From assembly GCA_002269645.1 (NCBI GenBank), contig NIVC01004926.1, positions 1-31,202 of the forward strand: a stretch of 31,202 bases of DNA, read 5' to 3'. The notes under the pieces were generated by a model. It was not told where the DNA came from. It made no database searches and saw only the letters and a list, made by a program, of their open reading frames with translations. The stretch's first letter is position 1, and each line of letters starts with the position of its first letter. Below, in pieces: positions 1-7,864 of the stretch. The position numbers and the translations under genes were made by a program. Source of the stretch: Macrostomum lignano. Lineage: Eukaryota.

Positions 1-3000
1 CACTTATAACTCTACCAAAGATCGTTTTAGAAGAGTCAGATGTACACTAGATGATACTGATTCTGAAATAGTCTATAGGAGAACTGCAGACACATCTGAT
101 GCTCGCTTGCCGACGAGCTTTGAGCTTGAAGATTTTTGCTTAGCAATCTAGTTGCTGAGGAAGATGCCAGTAAACTGCTGATGACGTGTTGAAGTGGCTG
201 CTAACACGGCGCGATCATTCGGGATCATGCAGTAGGACGAGTGGCCAGTTCTGGTTCGATGGCCACCTTCCAATTGGCTGCTCGATTGTAAGGATCATCG
301 CTCCATGCGCAAACAGAGCATAGAGAGCTCGATGAGCAGTCAATTAAATGTGTCGACGAAGTAGCTATAGTAATTATTTTCAGAGAAAATGCATCATGCG
401 TCATCATACTTCCACTCTATTAACATTATAAAGGCTCATTGCTCCATCTCAAAACTTTTACTTCTAAGAGACGGAGGTAGTTTTTTGTTGCACCCGAATA
501 TACAGTCTCACAGAGGCCGGAGTAAAGCTTCATGACCAAACATACGACGCATTTTAAGGCTTTTCAATGCATCGCTCCTGACGAAATTTTTTAATCTATG
601 GGGGCAGCAGAACCTTTTTGTACTCATTTGTTTATCGCATCAGTTGAAATAAAAGCATACCCAAATGAACGTTTCAATAATGCCAGCGAAGGCTGCCTAC
701 GTTCAGGCAATTGAGATGACACTAAAAATTTATACGCAAACTGCAAGCACATCGAGCGTTGGTTTTTTCCAGCGATCCAACCGCTAATAAAGCTGGCCGC
801 AAATCCTTGTTCAGACGCTGCATTAATAGGCATCACCAAAGCCGCATTAGGAATTAAACAATAAGAGACGAACGACTATTAGAATCGATTGTTGCCTTCC
901 AATTAGCGGCTCGATTGAATGGATAATCGCTCCACGAGCAGAGCATAGGCGAATTGACGAGCAATTAATCGAAGAGGCAAGACATGTCACTATAACGCAA
1001 TAAAACAAGTACAAACGTACCTATAGCAAAAATGAAAAAGCAGCATACACAAGGACTCGTTGCTCAAAGAAACTCTACTGTAAAAAGCTCACTTTTACCT
1101 GACAGGTTTTAGACCTTACCCATATGAACGCTTTAACAGAGCCAGATGCATTCTAGTCATTGGCGAACCAATAAACTTGTACGCAAACTGAACACACATC
1201 TGCTGCTCTGGCAAACCGGATTCTTTCGTTTTGGTTATCCAATTACTAAGAAAGCTACCGCTGTGAGTAGTGTCTTCTGTAGCTACTGGTCTATTTGGAA
1301 TCAAGCAATAGGACGCGCTTCTACCACCGCTACGAACGCTGGGATCGATTGCGGCCTTCCAATTGGCTGCCCGATTAAAAGGTGAATCGCTCCAAGTGCA
1401 AAAAGTAGGCGAGGTCGATGAGCAATCAATTGAGACGGCTATAAGAGGGCATTTACGAGTTCTAGATGCTTTACAGATACTAATTAAACTTGATGCATTT
1501 TTTATGAAGCTAAAAATTGATTAATAAGACTCGTTGCTCCAATTTAATCCCAAAACATACCCAAATGTACGCTTTAACAAAGCCAGTTGCAATCCAGGCT
1601 TGGATATTACTGGCTCTGCTAGAACAAACTTGTAATTGAATTGCAGACACATTGGATTCTGTCTTGACTCTTCAGCGACAATCCAGCCACTAAGAAAGCT
1701 TCCAGTGTAAGCCTGTGCAGAAGAGCTACGTGATGACGTCATCGCTTGAGACCTAATCTTATTTGGAACGAGGCAATAGGAAGCAGAGCGACTATTGGAG
1801 TCAATTGCGACCTTCCAGTTGGCAGCTCGATTGAATTGACCGTCGCTCCATGTGCAAACATTTGGCAATTTTGAGGAGCAGTCAACCGAAACGCAGTGGG
1901 TAACTTATTTGAAAAAAGACATAAAAAACGGTTACAATTTCAGCTACCACAGGTGTGCTATCAAATTCAATAAACTTGGCAAGGCTCGCCTAAAGAAGCG
2001 GGAATAAACATGATGCAAAAACTCCTACCCAGAGACGCGTTTTAGCAGAACCAGTTTTGCCGCGCTGGCACTAGAAGAATGGAACGAATCCTTCACTCTA
2101 AATGCAAACTGAAGACACAATTGACCAGCACTAGGGTCTGATCCTGTCGTCCCTCCAGATACCCAAGCGCTATGAAATTCAGCAACTAGACTGACAGAAC
2201 TCCTGCCAGATGACATTGGACGCCTGATAGGAACCAAACAGTAAGACGAGAGTGCTGCGCGGCTAAAGCCAGGCGGCTCCAGCGTCATTTTCCAAGCGCC
2301 GTCTTTGTTGTCAAGATCGTTTCGCCAAGCACAGATTGCCGAAGTGCTCGAAGAACAAGCAAGACGTTCGTCAGCCATTTTAGAAGCTGAATTCATGTTC
2401 AGGCAAGCCTTACAAGATGAATTTTAAAGTACAAGCAATAACTAATGGCAAAGCTCATTGCTCCAAAGTAAACTAAAATAAATGGTTAACTGAATTTCTT
2501 TTACCCCCAGTTTCGCTTGAGCAAACTCAGCGACACCTCCCGCGGCGCCGTCAAGTAGCTGAACGTGAGGCAAACAGATGGCGACAACTGCTGCTCATTA
2601 TCAGATTTAGTGGCAGCAATCCAGTGACTCTCAAAGCGACCAGTCACTAAACTGTGCGGCTGAGGTCCGCTCTGAACCAAGCACAGGTGCGATCTGCCGC
2701 TGCCTAACGAGGACGCGTCGCTTGCAGCATCCAGGGCGGACACCCAGTGGGCGCCTTTATTGTCGAAATCATCACGCCAACTGCAGTGACCGCCAGCGTG
2801 GCAGGACAACTGTTCAAGCGTCGCTGAGGTGGAAAAACAGTCTAGCAGTTAAATAATTAGACATGCATCTCTTACAATATTTAAGCCAAAATTCCAAGGA
2901 CACTAACTGAAATTTTATGACAAAAACTCGTTGCTCCAGTTATTTCACGTTTTTTGCATTATTTTTATAGCCAACTCATACCCTCTGCTCCGTTTCAGCA

Positions 3001-6000
3001 AGCTTAATCCAGCTCCAGCAACAGTTGTCTCTTTACGAGTAGCCATCGGTTGATCAATTCGATAGGCAAACTGAAGACACATATCACCACGTCTGCCAGT
3101 AAGCCATTGGCTAACAAACCGAGCTACGGTTAAGGGTCGTGAGCTAGAGTAGCTAGAACCCGACAAAACGCTTGGCTCCGGCACTAGACATCGCGGTGAC
3201 TGAAATGCAGCCGACGGATGCAAGGAGGCGCGCCAATGAGCGTCAATATTATCCTGATCGTCGCGCCAAGTGCAAGGGCTAGCTGACGTACTTATGCACG
3301 TTAACTCGGGTACTGACACTGCAGCTAATGTACCGGCTAAAATTGATTTTCCGAAAGAGTCAATGTAGTCGTTAAAAATCTATTATAAACAGAAACTTTA
3401 GACAAGGCTCGTTGCATCAAATCAAATTAACTAAATATATCTTGACGGTTCAAGCATCGCTAAAATCATAAATCATACCCTAAACTGCGCTTTAATAGAT
3501 TCAATTTAGCTCGACCAGCAGTCCAGTAGACAAACTGAAGACACATCTGACCGCTAACTTTAGAAAATACCGTCGGACTGACAAATTGACCGCCTGCATC
3601 GCTACCAACAGAAGATGACGACACCGACTGAGGTACAAGACACAGGCCAGTGTTACCACCAGCAACTGCACCAACGTCTGCCAAGGTCCAGTGCAGACGA
3701 TTGAAAACGTCGTTGAGCCAGGCACAGTGACCTCGAGCTGTGCACTGCAGATCTATTTTAGTTGCTGCAAGAGAGCCATCTAATGTATAACCTGGACTAT
3801 ATAATTATCAGTTTATAAAGAAACTGCAAGCTAGTCAAGGCTCGTTGCTCGTGTTTGTTCGAACAAGTTTAAAATAACAGTAAGTAATCATGCAGCATCA
3901 TAACTAAGAGTACAAAAGAAACCAGCGCCATACCCTCGATTCCGTCGAAGCAGGTGCAGATCCGCACCACTAAACTCATCATCCTGCTGACTGATCAGAT
4001 AGCGAAAGTGCAAACAGCCCACTTTGCTGTCAGTAACAAAGCGGCTAACAAAACGAGCCTTAGTTACACGTTTAAGCGCCGACACATCTCTAATTAGGCA
4101 ATAGTGCGTTTGAAAGCGAGAACTCTCAGTAACAGTAGCCAACTGCCAGTGGGCGTCAGTATTGTAACTGTCATCTAGCCAATAGCAGCGGGATCCACTA
4201 TCGCAGTGCAATTGTTTTACAGCTTCATCAGATTGACCGGTAACTAGATTATTTTTCAAGCCATTATTTTACTAAATTATCAACAAAGAGTTTTGGTCAA
4301 TCAAGGTTTCGTTGCTCCATCCTATTCGAAAAAAAATTAAAGGGGAATCCTGTGCAATTTACCCAGAGTGACGTTTAAGCAACTGGAGCGATGGAGCTGA
4401 GGCTGCAGGTACCAACTGATACACAAACTGCAAGCAGGCGGACTCAATCGGTTCGGAGAGAAATAAGCTGACAAATCTAGCCGAAATTAAGGTCGCAGCC
4501 GTGACGCTAGGATTTATTGGAACCATGCAGAAAGCTGATCGGTGTAACGGAGAGGCTGGCGAAGACTGCACAGCAGCCAGCTTCCAGTGCGCTTTTGTAT
4601 TGTAGCCATTGTCATCGCTCCATAGACATGTATCAGCGCCATTGCTTTGACATTGCAAAGCTTTAATGTCAAAGCCACTAAATCTGCTGTTTGATAAACC
4701 AAAGGCTGAAATACAGTGAAAGCAGCAATCAATCACTGTAAAATCGTGTAACTGCTGAACTCCCAATTCTGACTAATTTTCTACAAGGCTCGTTGCAACA
4801 GGACATTAATAATGACTAATTATATAGCTATAATATTATTTTTCAATTCTCATACCCGGAATTGCGCTTCAACAATTGCAATTGACTCTGCCGATCAACT
4901 AGCTGGTAAGAGAACTGCATGCAGCCTTCGCTGACCGAACTGCTAGCAATGAATAGGCTAACAAATCTAGCCGATACAAGCTGTGCGCTAGTAGCACCGC
5001 CAGTGACAACTGCGCAATAACTGGTTCGATAAGTGGCAGCGGTGGCAGCGCTACCATCCGAATCGGCAATGCTAGCCAACTTCCAATGCGCCTCAGTATT
5101 ATAGCCGATATCGTTGAACCAATTACAAGATTGAGAACTACTGCCGAAACCGCTACCACTGCAGGTGAGCTGTTTAATAACCATTCGGTTAGCACTAAAC
5201 GACGAAGGTGAACTCGCTGCGCAATCGAAGCGTTGGTAATTATAAATAATTTTCTCAAGTTACCAGCCAAGCTAAGTACGAACACAATCAATTAAGCTAA
5301 GGCTCGTTGCTAAGCAAATGCAAAAAAACAGAACATAAATCAAAGCATTTTTCTAACCCCGACGATCGCCTTAGAAGAGCCAACACTGCGGCGGTATCGT
5401 CAACATCGCTTTTCCGTCGTTCTGGTCCATAGTCGATACGATAACTAAACGACAAGCAGAGTCCATTGCTGCTATCGCGGCCGCTGCGCACCCAGTCGCT
5501 TAACAACCGACCAGACACAGCAACCGACGGTGAAGGAATCAATCCAGCTGTGCACCAACTATTCGTAATTGCAGATCCGGTTCTAACTTTAACTGACGAG
5601 GCAGGAGAACCAGCGTTCAGACTGCTATGAATAGCAAATCGACGCCATTCTAATTCCCGATTATAACCGTCGCTTGACCAGCGATCCGTTGATAGGGACT
5701 CTTCTTCCATTACACTAGCTCCAGTACTGACTGCAACTGCCTCCAACACTGCATAAAGCATATTAATAATTATAAGCAGTAGACTTTATGTAGGAAATCT
5801 CGGAGCAGACTCGCTGCTCCATAAACTTATACAAGGACTAATTGCGATATCACTAAAAAAACTAAGCCACAAGTCCTGTTAGAGGTGGTAATGTTATGTT
5901 TTAACAATGCATGTCGTCAGGGATGCTTTCCGAGAAAAAAGGTCAATTGACTAAGTGATTTCAATCGTTAGAAAGATGCACGAGTTTGTGCTGTTGGCAA

Positions 6001-6945
6001 GAGACGTTTTTCCCCTTGAGTTAATAAAAACCTAAACTTACCCGTGATTATTCTTCAATAAAGCCAGTTGAGGTAAGTCAGTTTCGATAGAAGACTTCGA
6101 TGAATCTCCTAATTGATTGTTAGGAGTTACGTGATAAGCAAACGACAAGCACTGAGCACTCTGACGCCTGAAATTGCTACTAGCAGAATCAATCCACCAG
6201 GGACTCTGCAGTCTGGCTGAGCCGCCGTGCAGACAGACAGCCTGAGTGTTGAACTCTGTCAGATAGCGAATCTGCCAAGCACTGCCCGGTTTCCAGGCTA
6301 AATCTACCCAGTTGCAGAACTGAGAATCAGTTTTTGACGAACTTCTACTAGCAGCAGAATGTTGCTGTTCAAAGTCGCACGAAACTGACACCGAATCGTC
6401 CAAAACAGCCAGTGAATTTTGCACCCCTAGAGTAGGCGCAATCGATGCACGCTAGAGCAACAATTTTTGCAAACACATTGATCATGTACGAGCGTATGAT
6501 ATGAAAGAATCTCGTTAACTCCTAATCGCATTATAATAACTTAAAGCTACTGATTTTAAATATAAATTCAAGCAAATTAATTAGATAATTAATTATCATA
6601 TTTAGTTTTATGTTACAATGAATCACAAATTCGTGAAAAAATATTAAGATAAGATTATGTCATGCGCATCTTAGCCCCATTCAAAAAATTTTAAAGACAA
6701 TATTTTTAAACTACTCAGGCAACTCATTCGAAAAAAATTATTTTATCATATTAGCCAATTTTTCAACTATATAGAGAATGGAGCAACGAGCCTTGCCAAA
6801 TATTGAATACTTTATTTAAAATCTTTCATGTTTTGATTGGGTAATTTTAATAAGCAACGAAAGCGTTGCACTTACCTGGTACACCGACGATAAGTACTAG
6901 GAGGCAGACGATTGCTCCCGACAATCGAGGAGTTAAAGCAGACAT
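1..6945 (-). CDS. 5' part of a secreted/cell-surface MAM-like domain gene: one signal-peptide exon plus a cluster of >=13 mutually exclusive variable exons; downstream constant exons lie beyond the left edge
   Basis: Repeated exon signature C-x(n)-C-x-W...W...CL...F/L-x-S-x-W/F...CL(Q/S)F-x-Y...L-x-LL(K/R)R-x-x-G|GT recurs 13 times at ~440-680 nt spacing. All have phase-1 AG acceptors; V1-V12 have phase-2 GT donors. V1 reads CDFE...CNW...ARLQSPW...CLSFAY, matching the N-terminal part of the MAM consensus. Confidence 0.85.
16..364 (-). pseudogene. Variable exon V13, disrupted (>=3 frameshifts and TAG at the conserved Trp)
   Basis: Acceptor ttactatag|CT; IDC...VCAWSDDPYNRAANWKVAI, then SYCMIP, FLSN* (TAG 150-148), MCLQFSY and LTLLKRS with frame slips between blocks; GT donor at 15-14. 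Confidence 0.7.
431..447 (-). promoter_or_regulatory. Selector for V13
   Basis: Plus aaggctcattgctccat: 17 pairs, one G.U. Confidence 0.8.
661..989 (-). pseudogene. Variable exon V12, two apparent 1-nt deletions (pseudo-exon or consensus error)
   Basis: Acceptor ttgcgttatag|TG, donor GG|gtatgc; 329 nt (3n+2). The frame homologous to V10/V11 slips near 955 and near 870; restoring 2 nt gives 3n+1. Confidence 0.7.
1050..1065 (-). promoter_or_regulatory. Selector for V12
   Basis: Plus caaggactcgttgctc: 15 pairs, one bulged nt. Confidence 0.78.
1120..1438 (-). CDS. Variable exon V11
   Basis: Acceptor ccctcttatag|CC, donor GG|gtaagg, 319 nt = 3n+1; IDCSSTSPTFCTWSDSPFNRAANWKAAI...SYCLIP...GSFLSNW...MCVQFAY...LALLKRSYG. 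Confidence 0.85.
1526..1541 (-). promoter_or_regulatory. Selector for V11
   Basis: Plus aagactcgttgctcca: 16 pairs, one G.U. Confidence 0.8.
1561..1903 (-). CDS. Variable exon V10
   Basis: Acceptor cttttttcaaataag|TT (AAG, less common), donor GG|gtatgt, 343 nt = 3n+1; VDCSSKLPNVCTWSDGQFNRAANWKVAI...SYCLVP...GSFLSGW...MCLQFNY...LALLKRTFG. Confidence 0.82.
1976..1988 (-). promoter_or_regulatory. Selector for V10
   Basis: Plus ttggcaaggctcg: 13/13 to the 5' half of the docking site. Confidence 0.78.
2029..2386 (-). CDS. Variable exon V9
   Basis: Acceptor atgaattcag|CT, donor GG|gtagga, 358 nt = 3n+1; LAC...ICAWRNDLDNKDGAWK...SYCLVP...AEFHSAW...LCLQFAF...LVLLKRVSG. Confidence 0.82.
2446..2465 (-). 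promoter_or_regulatory. Selector for V9
   Basis: Plus tggcaaagctcattgctcca: 20 pairs, two G.U. Confidence 0.8.
2505..2823 (-). CDS. Variable exon V8
   Basis: Acceptor tttttccacctcag|CG (in-phase alternative start 2841), donor GG|gtaaaa, 319 nt = 3n+1; LSCHAGGHCSWRDDFDNKGAHW...LCLV...GRFESHW...VCLTFSY...LSLLKRNWG. Confidence 0.85.
2923..2938 (-). promoter_or_regulatory. Selector for V8
   Basis: Plus aaaactcgttgctcca: 16 pairs, two G.U. Confidence 0.78.
2982..3336 (-). CDS. Variable exon V7
   Basis: Acceptor tcaattttag|CC (in-phase alternative starts at 3324 and 3318), donor GG|gtatga, 355 nt = 3n+1; LTC...PCTWRDDQDNIDAHW...RCLVP...ARFVSQW...MCLQFAY...LSLLKRSRG. Confidence 0.85.
3403..3415 (-). 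promoter_or_regulatory. Selector for V7
   Basis: Plus caaggctcgttgc: 13/13. Confidence 0.8.
3479..3779 (-). CDS. Variable exon V6
   Basis: Acceptor ttatacattag|AT, donor GG|gtatga, 301 nt = 3n+1; LQCTARGHCAWLNDVFNRLHW...GLCLVP...GQFVSP...MCLQFVY...LNLLKRSLG. Confidence 0.85.
3836..3850 (-). promoter_or_regulatory. Selector for V6
   Basis: Plus caaggctcgttgctc: 15/15. Confidence 0.8.
3934..4243 (-). CDS. Variable exon V5
   Basis: Acceptor aataatctag|TT, donor GG|gtatgg, 310 nt = 3n+1; LHCDSGSRCYWLDDSYNTDAHWQLA...HYCL...ARFVSRF...CLHFRY...LHLLRRNRG. Confidence 0.85.
4302..4320 (-). promoter_or_regulatory. Selector for V5
   Basis: Plus caaggtttcgttgctccat: 12/12 core plus caagg, with one mismatch and one bulge. 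Confidence 0.78.
4363..4705 (-). CDS. Variable exon V4
   Basis: Acceptor tgtatttcag|CC, donor GG|gtaaat, 343 nt = 3n+1; LQC...TCLWSDDNGYNTKAHWKLA...AFCMVP...ARFVSLF...CLQFVY...LQLLKRHSG. Confidence 0.88.
4784..4796 (-). promoter_or_regulatory. Selector for V4
   Basis: Plus caaggctcgttgc: 13/13. Confidence 0.8.
4856..5216 (-). CDS. Variable exon V3
   Basis: Acceptor ttgcgcag|CG, donor GG|gtatga, 361 nt = 3n+1; QLTC...SCNWFNDIGYNTEAHWKLA...SYC...ARFVSLF...CMQFSY...LQLLKRNSG. Confidence 0.85.
5299..5311 (-). promoter_or_regulatory. Selector for V3
   Basis: Plus aaggctcgttgct: 13/13. Confidence 0.8.
5358..5748 (-). CDS. Variable exon V2 (lacks the first two Cys)
   Basis: Acceptor ctttatgcag|TG, donor GG|gttaga, 391 nt = 3n+1; RWSSDGYNRELEW...NSWC...GRLLSDW...LCLSFSY...LALLRRSSG. 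Confidence 0.8.
5808..5822 (-). promoter_or_regulatory. Selector for V2
   Basis: Plus gactcgctgctccat: 15 pairs with docking, two of them wobble. Confidence 0.75.
6042..6426 (-). CDS. Variable exon V1 (most canonical MAM-like)
   Basis: Acceptor ctactctag|GG (phase 1), donor GG|gtaagt (phase 2), 385 nt = 3n+1; VQNSLAVLDDSVSVSCDFE...CNW...AVCLHGGSARLQSPW...CLSFAY...LALLKNNHG. Confidence 0.85.
6511..6522 (-). promoter_or_regulatory. Selector for V1 (weak)
   Basis: Plus ctcgttaactcc vs docking ctcgttg-ctcc: one G.U pair plus one bulge; ~85 nt upstream of the V1 acceptor. Confidence 0.5.
6778..6799 (-). promoter_or_regulatory. Putative docking site (transcript: UUGGCAAGGCUCGUUGCUCCAU), ~76 nt downstream of the constitutive exon donor
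   Basis: Plus strand atggagcaacgagccttgccaa is the only full copy I found in this orientation and is the reverse complement of the motif repeated once in each variant-exon intron. Confidence 0.8.
6876..6945 (-). CDS. Constitutive first coding exon: signal peptide MSALTPRLSGAIVCLLVLIVGVP(G)
   Basis: ATG at 6945-6943; 23 codons plus 1 nt; basic residue then hydrophobic core; consensus donor CCAG|GTAAGT at 6875 (phase 1), matching the phase of all variant acceptors. Too short for the ORF track. Confidence 0.85.
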
Positions 6946-7864
6946 CTCGGGTGTTTACTAGTCGATTTTTTAGAACAATTTTTTAATTATTTGCAGATAA
7001 TTTGCTTGAAGAGCATGAAGTTTTGTACCGGTAGTTTGGTAAGATTTATGACTATGATATTAATATAACTGGTGGTATATGATATAATGATCTAAACTAT
7101 TTATCATAATGACAGATGTATTGCAAATACAGCGCTAGCGCTGAGGCAATTCTATCATCCACAAGAGTAGACCTTGTTTGCTATAATAAAAATTAAATAA
7201 ATTTATCAAAAACACAAAGAGCAATACGTCGAGATAAAATTTCTTTCATTGTATTTTTTGAACAGAAAATATAATTAGAAAAATTCTATCAATTAATTCA
7301 AGCATACAATGGGGCGCAATAAGATACAGCAATTTGCACTGCATAGTAATCTATGAAAAATAATGAAAACATTATAGATGCTAAAACGTGGTATTAAGCA
7401 CGGCTTAGCACTTTACGCTAAAAAATCCTCGAAAAAAATATTTCAATATTGAAATCAGTGACAGTCATCTAAAGCAATCAATTAGTTGTTGCATATATAA
7501 ACTATATTTACGAATATCTGTAAAATATTATTGAAAAATTCACAAAAAATGAAAGCACCGGATGTGTGTTAATGAGACAAAGTTAACTATTTTTTAATTA
7601 AAATAATCAAATCTTTAATAAATTATCTCAGCAATATTCTGCAAGGCGTGTTTTTTCGATGTAAAGAGCTACAAAGCTGGTTGTAACTGTTTTTAGCACC
7701 ATGCAATTTTTTTGTAGAACTCTTTAGCCCTTTACAGAACTCTGTAACAATTTGTAGAATTCTGTAGCTCTTTGTAGCAGATTAATCTTTAATTAATAAT
7801 GGAATCTTTAACAATTTATCTTAGATCTATCTATCGATGGTCGATAAAAACTTAACAGTCAGAA

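Noticed and set aside
1146-1385. Plus-strand 79-aa ORF
   Set aside because: Antisense shadow of variable exon V11.
1120-5400. Conserved KR/RR at each exon end as a convertase cleavage site
   Set aside because: Absent in V1 (KNNHG) and directly follows a hydrophobic beta-strand pattern; more simply a structural strand end.
5893-5910. ALLKHN-like remnant in the longer V1-V2 intron
   Set aside because: Only six codons, with no donor, other motif blocks or extra selector; not distinguishable from chance.
16-6426. A single multi-MAM tandem-repeat protein using all exons constitutively
   Set aside because: Phase-1 acceptors cannot join phase-2 donors in frame, and each exon lacks the C-terminal MAM strands.
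16-6426. Array of separate small genes or alternative first exons (protocadherin/sDscam style)
   Set aside because: Variants have no consistent ATG or signal peptide but have phase-matched acceptors; one shared signal-peptide exon lies upstream.
6449-6454. Alternative V1 acceptor ctctag at 6452
   Set aside because: It would be phase 0, incompatible with the phase-1 donor; the AG at 6428-6427 fits.
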